A stretch of DNA of 15,709 nt from NCBI GenBank assembly GCA_031263605.1, contig JAISFM010000153.1, forward strand, positions 1 through 15,709. The letters run 5' to 3'. This DNA is from Clostridiales bacterium. Lineage in GTDB: Bacteria; Bacillota; Clostridia; Christensenellales; DUVY01. Of this stretch, positions 1 through 6,741 are shown one piece after another. Every line of letters starts with the position of its first letter. Position 1 is the stretch's first letter. The notes under the pieces are model-generated. The model was not told the origin of the DNA. It did no database searches and saw only the letters and a program-made list of their open reading frames with translations. The position numbers and the translations under genes are program-made.

Positions 1-1
1 C

Positions 2-976
2 GGCGTACTCGCCCTGTCCGTCGGCGCGGTCTTTTTGAACGCGGCGATCCCCGCCGACGCGGCGGCGGGCGGCTACGCGTGGTCGGAAAGCGCGGCGTTC
101 GCCCCCGATTTAGGGCCGTCGGCCGAAATGGGGGAGGATGGGCTGCGAATTCTGATCCTCACCGACCAACATTATACGCGCGTGTTCGGCGACGGCAAAA
201 CCGACCGCCTCGCGGACGCTTTGATACGGGACGAGCGGCCGGATTTGATTTTGCTGCTGGGCGACCAATGCTTTACGCCGTTCAACCGTTCCGCTTATAA
301 ACGCCTTATCGCGTTTATGGACGCGCGGAAAATCCCATGGGCGGCGATCTTCGGCAACCACGACGAGCAGGGCAAAGCGACAAAAAACCTGTTGGCGGAC
401 ATGCTGTCGAAATCCGAATATTGTTTGTTCCGGTACGGGCCGAATAATATCGGCGGCGCGGGCAATTACTTTGTCCGTTTGACGAGCGGCGGGCGGGACG
501 TCCACACCCTTTATTTTTTGGATTCCACGGTTAAAAAGGACGGGCATTACCAGCCGCCGACCGAGGGGCAGGTCCGTTGGTACGAATGGGCGGTACGCGG
601 CATGGCAGCCGAGGCGGGCGGGGTCGTCCCCTCTACGCTGCTGATCCATATCCCGCTGCCCGAATACGCGGCCGCATACGACGCGGCGGCGGCAAACGGG
701 GGCGTCGTTTACGGGCAGCGGAGGGAAAAGGAATGCGCGTCCGACGTCAATTCCGGCCTGTTTGAAAAGATCGGGGGTTTAGGCTCGACGAAAGGCGTCT
801 TTTGCGGCCACGACCATGTCAACGATTATTCGGTGATGCACGAGGGGGTTCGGCTGACTTACGCGCTGTCGTCGGGATTCGGCTCCTACGGCGACAGAAA
901 CGTCAAGGGCGGGACGGTTTTGACGGTGCGCCCCGACGGGGCGACGGAACAGGCACAGGTCTTTTTTAAAGGGTAG
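2..976 (+). CDS. Calcineurin-like metallophosphoesterase, 5'-partial. The reading frame is open to the window start, and the N-terminal hydrophobic stretch GVLALSVGAVFL suggests a signal or TM anchor.
   Basis: Metallophosphoesterase motifs are present in order: ILTDQHY (D-x-H), LLGDQ (GD), GNHDE (GNH[DE]) and GHDHVND (GH-x-H). The frame is open from nt 2, so the listed M at 35 is a TTG inside a longer frame. Confidence 0.75.
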   Translation, partial: GVLALSVGAVFLNAAIPADAAAGGYAWSESAAFAPDLGPSAEMGEDGLRILILTDQHYTRVFGDGKTDRLADALIRDERPDLILLLGDQCFTPFNRSAYKRLIAFMDARKIPWAAIFGNHDEQGKATKNLLADMLSKSEYCLFRYGPNNIGGAGNYFVRLTSGGRDVHTLYFLDSTVKKDGHYQPPTEGQVRWYEWAVRGMAAEAGGVVPSTLLIHIPLPEYAAAYDAAAANGGVVYGQRREKECASDVNSGLFEKIGGLGSTKGVFCGHDHVNDYSVMHEGVRLTYALSSGFGSYGDRNVKGGTVLTVRPDGATEQAQVFFKG

Positions 977-1018
977 GAAACCGCGATTAAGGCTATCCGC
1001 AAAAAGCGCGCCCATATT

Positions 1019-1180
1019 AGAACCTGTATTCACAGAACGAAACACATCTTTTCGGGTCTTTTCGCGCCCGTCCGCGTTCTTTTTCCTCGTCGTAGCGTTG
1101 CTGCGGCTTCGGAAAAACGCCTTGACGGACACAAAAACCCCTCAAAAATATGTTGTTTCTTATCTGTGAATACAGGTTCT
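1019..1180. repeat. Perfect 18-bp inverted repeat (agaacctgtattcacaga at 1019-1036; tctgtgaatacaggttct at 1163-1180) flanking ~125 bp. Each arm contains a GAAC-N4-ATTC near-Cheo-box motif.
   Basis: Exact reverse-complement match read directly from the sequence. It lies between the phosphoesterase stop and the next CDS and encloses a TTGACG -35-like hexamer at 1122-1127. Confidence 0.6.
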
Positions 1181-1201
1181 TAAACGGAAAGGCGGTCGGC
1201 G

Positions 1202-2074
1202 TTGACACAAAGGTATGCCGTAGTACCGTCCTGTCGCGCGGGGACAATCAACGGTTGCCTGTGCGGTATCGATATGTATTTTTCAAATAAAGCAAATGGG
1301 ACAAACCCGTTCCCGCAAAATGGAAAACAGGGGGAAAGCAGGGTTGAACTTGTTATAGCGGATAGCGCGGAATACAAGGAAACGACTTGCAAAAATTTTT
1401 ACTTTTGCTTCAAGGTAAGCAAGCAAAGCGACGGGTGGCAGTTCCGCGCAATGGACTACGTCGAATATAACGCGGCGCTTGGCAGGCAGGTCGTTTATAC
1501 GGGAGATATAAAGGACTACGAGGAAGCGAAAGAAACGTATAGAGGGCATAGCGTATGCGACCCGTTTTTAAGGCCGTACGAGCCCGCGGTTTTGGTACAC
1601 AGCACAACGCCGAACGGCTATACGCAAATCATAAAGGACGGCGCGTTAAAGTCGTGGAACAGAATCAAAAATGAAAACCGTATCGGCGAAGAAAATCCCA
1701 TAGGGAGGTTGTTGGGCGACCCCGAGGATTTCAGGGAATATGTTATGCTTGGGGGGCTTGGGTTTTGGAGCGAAATAGTGGTAAGTTCCAAACAAAAAGG
1801 ATATATTTGCATGGACGCGGATTGCGAATATACGGCGGGCGCGAGATTTTATTTTGACGCGTTAACGCTGATAAAAGAAAATTTACTTGTCCGCGACGGA
1901 ATGCATTATAAAGTGAAAGGCGAATTGCCGTTGAGGTACGCGCTGTTTTGCGCCGCGGCGGGGAATATTATTATAAGCGGCAAGATCACCCCAAGGGCTT
2001 TTGCGAGCGCGGCCGATGAAGCGTTCGCGCAAACGGAAAAGGCGGCAAATCTTTTTTCATATCGTCAAAAATAA
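1202..2074 (+). CDS. Hypothetical protein, 290 aa. It may have an ADP-ribosyltransferase-like fold, suggested by the LVHSTT...I..DGALKS, RFYFD and KGELPL spacing (H..Y..E), but this is unproven. A TTG start with a GGAAAGG RBS is favoured; ATG 1274 is the alternative start.
   Basis: Long ORF with GC3-rich codon usage. The convergent NUDIX gene ends 11 nt away. No confident family assignment can be made from sequence alone. Confidence 0.55.
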   Translation: MTQRYAVVPSCRAGTINGCLCGIDMYFSNKANGTNPFPQNGKQGESRVELVIADSAEYKETTCKNFYFCFKVSKQSDGWQFRAMDYVEYNAALGRQVVYTGDIKDYEEAKETYRGHSVCDPFLRPYEPAVLVHSTTPNGYTQIIKDGALKSWNRIKNENRIGEENPIGRLLGDPEDFREYVMLGGLGFWSEIVVSSKQKGYICMDADCEYTAGARFYFDALTLIKENLLVRDGMHYKVKGELPLRYALFCAAAGNIIISGKITPRAFASAADEAFAQTEKAANLFSYRQK

Positions 2075-2085
2075 TCATATAACCC

Positions 2086-2559
2086 TTATTCCTTACTTAT
2101 AAAATGCTCTATGCTATCCGACATGCTTTCTATTTTATCCTTTATAAAAGCGGGGTAAATTGTTAAATTTTTTATTTCGTTTATCGTTCGCCACTCTAAC
2201 AAGACTTTGCAATTATCTTTGTGCGATTCAAAATAATGATCGGGCAAATCGCCGTCGTTTTTTAATTTGATTAAATAATAGAACGCTACCGTATGCGCGT
2301 CTTTTTTGCCCCGTGTCCAAAAAATCTCCTCAACCCAAACGAGGCGGTTTACTATAATATCCGCGCCCGTTTCTTCTTTGTATTCTCTTATAAGCGCTTC
2401 TTCGGACGTTTCGCCCACTTTAACGTGCCCTCCGGGCAAAGCATACTCGTTCCCGCCCTTTTCTCTTTGAACGAAAATCTTATCGCCCCTTATGAGTACG
2501 CCCGCAGTCCTGAAACTGCAAACGCCGCGTTCGTCCGAAAACAGCCAATCCCTTTCCAT
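2086..2559 (-). CDS. NUDIX hydrolase
   Basis: Nudix box GGHVKVGETSEEALIREYKEETG matches GX5EX7REUXEEXGU. Length is 157 aa, typical for the family. Confidence 0.85.
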   Translation of the reverse strand: MERDWLFSDERGVCSFRTAGVLIRGDKIFVQREKGGNEYALPGGHVKVGETSEEALIREYKEETGADIIVNRLVWVEEIFWTRGKKDAHTVAFYYLIKLKNDGDLPDHYFESHKDNCKVLLEWRTINEIKNLTIYPAFIKDKIESMSDSIEHFISKE

Positions 2560-2671
2560 TTTGTCAGTTTACCATAAACCGACGCAAAAATCAAACCAAA
2601 TGTACGCCCCCCACCAAACGCGAGCGTTAAATAAAGGTATAAAACGGGTGTTAAATCCTCATAATAGACTT

Positions 2672-2728
2672 GTTGCGGAATTAAAAGGCGAGCGGAATTG
2701 CGATGGATTTTGCGGCAAACAAAGATAA
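2672..2728. repeat. Dispersed repeat R2, copy 1 (gttgcggaattaaaaggcgagcggaattgcg..gattttgcggcaaac). Copy 2 is at 4375-4427.
   Basis: The two copies are ~90% identical over ~55 nt. Confidence 0.6.
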
Positions 2729-2873
2729 AAATTGATGATTGCAACAACGCTGCTATCGAAATTTTTATCAAAGTTTGCCACAAAAAGACGCGCAAGGCCG
2801 CCGCAAGTTAATTTCGCAACAAGTCTAATAAGAGAAAGCGTTCAACGCTTTTTTACCGGAGGAGATTTTAACG

Positions 2874-3182
2874 GTGAAAGATTTACGGTGTTCTTTGGAC
2901 AACTGCTCGCACAACAAGGGGTTTATGTGCCGCGCGCGGCATATTCTGGTGACGGAGGAAGCGGACTGCGCGTCCTACAAACCCGAATTCGAGCGGGAAA
3001 GCGACGACAACATCATGTTCGAGGCGGGCATGGAGGGCTTTTCCCAGACGCTGGACGGCCCGAAGATTCATTGTTCCGCCGACAGTTGCGTTTTCAACAA
3101 ATCGGAAAAATGCGAGGCCAACGGCGTCAGCGTTTTGAGCGAGGCGCGGGAACCGGTTTGCGCCACGTTTGCGTTGAAATAG
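2874..3182 (+). CDS. DUF1540 domain protein (two Cys-rich repeats), GTG start
   Basis: GGAGGAG RBS about 9 nt upstream of the GTG. Duplicated C-x-x-C-x..C pattern (LDNCSHNKGFMC and HCSADSCVFNKSEKC) is typical of Firmicutes DUF1540. A rho-independent terminator follows. Confidence 0.7.
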   Translation: MKDLRCSLDNCSHNKGFMCRARHILVTEEADCASYKPEFERESDDNIMFEAGMEGFSQTLDGPKIHCSADSCVFNKSEKCEANGVSVLSEAREPVCATFALK

Positions 3183-3284
3183 GACGCCCCGCGCTTGCTG
3201 CCGCGAGGCGGCGGATAGAAAAACAGCAGAACTTGCGGCGGCCTTTCGCCTTTTATTTTCGCAAGGGGCCTGTGTATAGTTTAA

Positions 3285-3318
3285 TCGGACGGTTTATTTT
3301 GTGCGCCGTCCGATTTTT
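3285..3318 (+). terminator. Rho-independent terminator (tcggacgg-loop-ccgtccga + TTTTT). A second ccggaccgg + T7 hairpin lies at 3324-3345.
   Basis: 8-bp perfect stem followed by a T-run, downstream of the DUF1540 CDS. Confidence 0.65.
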
Positions 3319-3397
3319 CCGTTTGAAGCCGGACCGGTTTTTTTATCGCGCTTGCCTTTTGACGGGCATAGCGCGAGAAAAAGGCCCGTTTAATCAT

Positions 3398-4015
3398 TTA
3401 GCGGTTTCCGGTTCGGGGCCTTTGATAGTTCGGGTTTTTTATCTTGATCCACGCCTCGGCGCGCCGCCCGGGGAAATACTGCCCGTCCGACCGTTTGGCG
3501 ACAATCCCTTCTAAATTTTCCCGCGCGGCCGCTTGGAACAACGCTTTGCCCGCCGACGGGAAAACGTCGGTCAATTCGATATTGGCGAAATTCGCGCCGG
3601 CGAATAACCTTTCCAATACCTTGCGCCGCTCTTGCCAAGGCCGCTCTGTCAGGGTTTTGCCGTCCGACGCCAAAAGATCGAAAACGGCATAGCGGACGGG
3701 GGTTTCCTTTAAAAACCGCGCGGACGGTTTTTCGACCCGGTCGCGTTTTAGCAAACGATAGAAATCGGGCCGTCCGTCCGCGTTCAGCGCGATAATTTCG
3801 CCGTCCAAAACAACTTTGCGGTTTAAGTTTTTTAATTCGGCGGCGATTTCGGTATAGGTATTCGTTCGCCCGTGCCCCCGGCGGTTGACAAGGCGCGCGT
3901 CCCCGTCCCCGCAATAGGCCAGCATCCTCACGCCGTCGAATTTCAATTCAAAAACATAATCAGGGCTGTCGAACGCTTTTTCCGCCCTCGACAGCAGCAT
4001 CGGTTTAAATTCCAT
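3398..4015 (-). CDS. ATP-dependent DNA ligase, nucleotidyltransferase domain only (205 aa). It ends immediately after motif V. There is no OB domain and no recognisable SD, so it may be a truncated remnant or pseudogene.
   Basis: Motif I is KFDGVR (KxDGxR). FDLL (III), EGIVAK (IV) and WIKIK (V) are in the canonical order. The reverse complement of 4016-4035 shows no GGAGG. Confidence 0.65.
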   Translation of the reverse strand: MEFKPMLLSRAEKAFDSPDYVFELKFDGVRMLAYCGDGDARLVNRRGHGRTNTYTEIAAELKNLNRKVVLDGEIIALNADGRPDFYRLLKRDRVEKPSARFLKETPVRYAVFDLLASDGKTLTERPWQERRKVLERLFAGANFANIELTDVFPSAGKALFQAAARENLEGIVAKRSDGQYFPGRRAEAWIKIKNPNYQRPRTGNR

Positions 4016-4254
4016 AGGGGGAAGCGGAGTACCGCGGCGCGACGGATTTCATTTCTATAACAGTATGCCACACTTTTCCAAAATTACAGCCTTTTTTATA
4101 AAGCGGCGAAACTTCTTTGTATGAACTTTCGACTTTATTTGCGGTAAAACGCAATCGGTTTAATCAAATGCGCTTATTCAAGAGAACGAGCGGCGGCGGG
4201 AAGTATTGAAAACCGCGTTGCTCATGAACACGGCTCGGCCTTGCGCGGAGGACA

Positions 4255-4350
4255 GCGATTAGCGTCCAGTGTTGCCAATCTCTGTATAAAAATGTGCGTT
4301 TCGTGTTTTGTAGAGATTGCCGCGTCGCGCTGCGCGCTCCTCGCAATGAC
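4255..4350. repeat. R1 palindromic element, copy a. The right arm is gtagagattgccgcgtcgcgctgcgcgctcctcgcaatgac (4310-4350); the left arm is degenerate.
   Basis: The right arm is shared with copies at 4489-4530, 4540-4559 (partial), 5345-5386 and 12401-12441. The central tataaaaa..gcgtttcgtgtttt is shared with the 12326-12441 copy. Confidence 0.65.
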
Positions 4351-4374
4351 TTCGGCCGTTGCGCTCGCAACAGA

Positions 4375-4427
4375 GTTGCAGCGGAATTAAAAGGCGGGCG
4401 GAATTGCGCCGGATTTTTGCGGCAAAC
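4375..4427. repeat. Dispersed repeat R2, copy 2
   Basis: Matches 2672-2728. Confidence 0.6.
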
Positions 4428-4488
4428 CGAATGACAGAGGGCAGCGCGTTCGGAATGAGAGAGAAAAGCGCGGGGCGTTCCGGTGGTT

Positions 4489-4559
4489 GGTAGAGATTGC
4501 CGCGTCGCGCTTCGCGCTCCTCGCAATGACAACGGGGCGTTTGCGCTCCTCGCAATGAC
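4489..4559. repeat. R1 right-arm copy (4489-4530) plus a partial tandem right-arm fragment (4540-4559)
   Basis: ggtagagattgccgcgtcgcgcttcgcgctcctcgcaatgac, followed by gtttgcgctcctcgcaatgac. Confidence 0.65.
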
Positions 4560-4660
4560 CCCGTATTCATTTCGCTGCAAGTCTAATGACCGGTAATAGT
4601 TTGTACACTCCCCACCGTAAAACACTGGCGTAAAATAAAGTAATATGATATACTATTGCC

Positions 4661-4800
4661 ATTAAACGACATTTTTCTCATGTTGACCCGTCAAGGCGGG
4701 TCTATAAGAAGAAAACAATCCGGCTCCAAGCGGAAAATCGGACAGAGCACATAAAAGAATGTTCGTACCGGATCGATACCCCGCGGCTTGCGCGTTGACG
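4661..4800 (+). ncRNA. R3, a conserved ~140-nt intergenic element, copy 1. The second copy is at 15365-15506. It is either a candidate structured leader/small RNA or a dispersed repeat.
   Basis: Two same-orientation copies at roughly 80% identity. One stem, tccgN/tcgga, shows a G-U to A-U change between copies. An internal gacccg-tcaagg-cgggtc hairpin is present in copy 1. Both copies end with a TTGAC(G/A) hexamer. Confidence 0.35.
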
Positions 4801-4868
4801 TTCGCAGAGCCCGTCCCCCGATTGGACGTTACCAAACAAAAATAGAGTACATAAGGAGAATACATACA

Positions 4869-5066
4869 ATGGCAACGGCAACCCCTATTCATGTGACGCC
4901 CCGTCCCGACGGGAAATGGCAGGTCATCAGAGGCGGCGGCGAAAAAGCGTCGGCCGTGACCGACACCCAAGCCGAAGCGATCGAAATCGCGAAAGGGTAC
5001 TCCCACAACGACGGCGCGCAGGTCATCGTCCACGGCCGCGGCGGCAAAATCCGCAAAAGTTGGTAA
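4869..5066 (+). CDS. DUF2188 family small protein (65 aa)
   Basis: AGGAGA RBS 7 nt upstream of the ATG. The sequence HVTPRPDGKWQVIRGGGEKASAVTDTQAEAIEIAKGYSHNDGAQVIVHGRGGKIRKSW matches the DUF2188 pattern (HV.P..DG.W.V...G..RA....T.AEAI..A......g..v.iHg.DGkI). Confidence 0.7.
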   Translation: MATATPIHVTPRPDGKWQVIRGGGEKASAVTDTQAEAIEIAKGYSHNDGAQVIVHGRGGKIRKSW

Positions 5067-5191
5067 GAAAGGCTTGATAGTATAGCCCCCCCTTTCCGGA
5101 AACCCGTCCAAACCGGCGGGTCTTTTTGCATGGCACGGCGGCACGGGGGAAGTGAGAATCGAGAAATGTTGGAATTTAGTGGTTAGTGATT

Positions 5192-5327
5192 AGTGTCGGT
5201 CGGGGGATGTTTGCGCGGGGAAACCACCCCGTAGCCTGTCGGCGGCATCCCTCCGAGGGAGGGGAATAGAGAAGTGAGAATTGAAAATTGAAAATTGAGA
5301 AGTGTCGGTCGGGGGATGTTTGCGCGC
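5192..5327. repeat. Direct 26-mer repeat agtgtcggtcgggggatgtttgcgcg (5192-5217 and 5301-5327) flanking purine-rich (gaaaatt)n microsatellite-like sequence
   Basis: Exact duplication read from the sequence. Confidence 0.6.
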
Positions 5328-5344
5328 GGGGCGTTCCTGTGTTT

Positions 5345-5386
5345 GGTAGAGATTGCCGCGTCGCGCTTTGCGCTCCTCGCAATGAC
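5345..5386. repeat. R1 right-arm copy
   Basis: ggtagagattgccgcgtcgcgctttgcgctcctcgcaatgac. Confidence 0.65.
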
Positions 5387-5408
5387 GAAGCGTTCCTGTG
5401 TTTGTTTG

Positions 5409-5480
5409 CTTACCGTTTATCTTTTACTTCTTACCTCTTACCTTGTTATCTTTACACCTTTCCCTCTCCCCTTTTCTCCC
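5409..5480 (+). repeat. ~72-nt pyrimidine (CT)-rich low-complexity tract
   Basis: cttaccgtttatcttttacttcttacctcttaccttgttatctttacacctttccctctccccttttctccc. Strong strand asymmetry. It mirrors the purine-rich tracts at 5147-5190 and 5269-5300. Confidence 0.55.
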
Positions 5481-5522
5481 AAATTCTCAATTAAAAAATA
5501 TTTCGGTACCTGCGCAAAAACA

Positions 5523-5575
5523 GTTGACAAAGTATTTAGGTATCTGTTATAATATAGTTAGGTACCGATAAATAG
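5523..5575 (+). promoter_or_regulatory. Sigma-A-type promoter with an overlapping inverted repeat that is a likely MarR operator. -35 is TTGACA at 5523-5528, spacer is 17 bp, and the extended -10 is TGtTATAAT at 5546-5554. The repeat is atttaggta...taggtgcctaaat.
   Basis: Canonical hexamers with correct spacing, about 50 nt upstream of the marR-family CDS. The inverted repeat tatttaggta / ataggtgcctaaata brackets the -10. Confidence 0.65.
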
Positions 5576-5604
5576 GTGCCTAAATAAAAAGGAGGGACAT
5601 TATT

Positions 5605-6294
5605 ATGTCTAAACAAACTAAGGAACTGTACGAAAAACTGATGCGGCTGCAACGGATTTTGCGCCGCTTCCAATTCCACACCAAAATCGCCAACGGGCCC
5701 ATGAGCGACACGGCGCAAGGGCAGGGCAGGGTCATGGCTATCCTGAAAATGCGCCCCGAAATAAGTGTGGGCGACCTGGCCTATTTGTTGGGGATACGCG
5801 CGTCCTCGCTGAACGAACTCCTCAACCGGCTGGAAAAGGGCGGCTATATCACCCGGACGGCCTCGGAGGAGGACAAGCGCGTCGTCATCGTGCGCCTGAC
5901 CGAAAAGGGCAAAAACGAGGAACTGCCCGACACCGGCGTCGAATCCATGTTCGATTGCCTGAACGAGGGCGAACGCAAAACCCTTGGGGAATACCTCGAC
6001 CGGATTTTGGCCGCGCTGAAGGACAAGGTGGGCGACGAGCGCGACGATTTCGACCTGATGAAGGCCTTGCGGCAACGCAAGGGCGAACAATTCGGGCGCG
6101 ACTTCGAGCGTTTCGGCAGAGGCGTAGAACGGTTCGGCGAGGACTTTGAGCGCAAAATGCGCGGGTTCTTCGACGGCTTTCACGGGGGAGAGGATGCCGA
6201 TTGCGCGGAGGATCCCGACGACGGCGCAGAGGCCGGCGAAAAGCGCGGCGATAACGACGGCGAAGGGCAGGACGACGGCGGCAAAGTGGATTAA
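5605..6294 (+). CDS. MarR family transcriptional regulator with a C-terminal acidic low-complexity extension containing FGRDFERFG / VERFGEDFER repeats
   Basis: AAGGAGGG RBS. The winged-HTH core is GDLAYLLGIRASSLNELLNRLEKGGYITR...DKRVVIVRLTEKG. The last ~80 aa are D/E/G/R-rich. Confidence 0.8.
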   Translation: MSKQTKELYEKLMRLQRILRRFQFHTKIANGPMSDTAQGQGRVMAILKMRPEISVGDLAYLLGIRASSLNELLNRLEKGGYITRTASEEDKRVVIVRLTEKGKNEELPDTGVESMFDCLNEGERKTLGEYLDRILAALKDKVGDERDDFDLMKALRQRKGEQFGRDFERFGRGVERFGEDFERKMRGFFDGFHGGEDADCAEDPDDGAEAGEKRGDNDGEGQDDGGKVD

Positions 6295-6317
6295 GGTTTT
6301 TTGAAGGGGGGGGCGGC

Positions 6318-6543
6318 ATGAGCGGGGCTGTAATGGCGCGGAAAAAATCCCGCGCTGTCCCGCATGCTGCCGATGACCTATTGCTTGGATTTGTGCCGCG
6401 CGGTCGTTTGCGCGGGGGCGCCGGAATACGCCGACGTAGTACTGTTCGACCCGTGGGTCAATTTCGCCGCGATAGCGGGCTTGACGGCGGTGTTTTTGGT
6501 TTTAGGCGCGTTCTTTTTTGCGAGGGCGGCAAAGAAGAAATAG
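6318..6543 (+). pseudogene. Small membrane protein gene interrupted by an apparent +1 frameshift at an A6 run (6342-6347). ATG 6318 has a strong GAAGGGGGGGG RBS but runs into a Gly/Arg-rich non-coding-looking frame. The +1 frame (6334-6543) encodes ...MLPMTYCLDLCRAVVCAGAPEYADVVLFDPWVNFAAIAGLTAVFLVLGAFFFARAAKKK, with GC3-rich, hydrophobic, coding-like codon usage.
   Basis: RBS position and codon bias (GC3) were compared between the two frames. A homopolymer lies at the frame junction. The 59-aa +1-frame ORF falls below the ORF-track cutoff. Confidence 0.4.
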
Positions 6544-6593
6544 TAATTTTGCGATAAACGGATCGGACGGCCGATAAAACCCGTTTCGCGCGT

Positions 6594-6622
6594 TTGCCGA
6601 AACAAAAAAAATGTGGTATAAT
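6594..6622 (+). promoter_or_regulatory. Promoter: -35 TTGCCG (6594-6599), 17-bp spacer, extended -10 TGgTATAAT (6614-6622)
   Basis: Canonical spacing. It is followed about 25 nt later by a terminator-like hairpin, and the tRNA gene lies ~120 nt downstream. Confidence 0.5.
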
Positions 6623-6645
6623 TTATGCGTCGGTTTGCAAGGCGG

Positions 6646-6684
6646 CACGCGCCGTTCGATGAGGACCGGCGCGTAAATTTTTTT
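6646..6684 (+). terminator. Terminator-like hairpin (gcacgcgccg...cggcgcgt) followed by aaaTTTTTTT
   Basis: 8-9 bp GC stem plus T7 run. It could terminate the marR/small-ORF transcript, or define a ~55-nt transcript from the 6594-6622 promoter. Confidence 0.5.
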
Positions 6685-6741
6685 AACGGGCGTTTTCTTA
6701 ACGTATGCCCGCCGAAAAAAACAAGCGCGCAAATCTTTTAT

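Noticed and set aside
79-649. Alternative-frame and antisense ORFs inside the phosphoesterase gene
   Set aside because: They are fully overlapped by a motif-supported metallophosphoesterase frame, and their composition is Arg-rich.
2732-3514. 260-aa ORF on the + strand
   Set aside because: Arg/Gly-rich, low-complexity translation. It overlaps the well-supported DUF1540 CDS in another frame and lies antisense to the ligase gene. It has no RBS and is a typical spurious GC-rich frame.
3390-3914. 174-aa minus-strand ORF overlapping the ligase in another frame
   Set aside because: Arg-rich nonsense frame. The ligase frame carries the ordered motifs I-V.
4662-5144. 160-aa minus-strand ORF, and the 90-aa ORF at 15171-15443, sharing ..GLFSS...LTG.HEKNV
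   Set aside because: The shared peptide is the reverse translation of the dispersed R3 element. It has no RBS, and it crosses the DUF2188 gene on the opposite strand.
4255-5386. Reading the R1 repeat copies as a CRISPR array
   Set aside because: Copies are irregularly spaced (about 180 nt, then 10 nt, then ~800 nt). They are in part inverted relative to each other, and are themselves long palindromes with a conserved centre. No cas genes lie nearby.
5536-6183. 215-aa and 103/144-aa ORFs antisense to marR
   Set aside because: Entirely contained within the confidently called MarR gene on the opposite strand. Repetitive Ala/Leu/Pro/Arg composition characteristic of antisense frames.
6318-6557. 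79-aa ORF as an intact protein
   Set aside because: After the first ~10 codons the frame is Gly/Arg-rich with poor codon bias. The +1 frame is the coding-like one, so it is reinterpreted as a frameshifted small gene.
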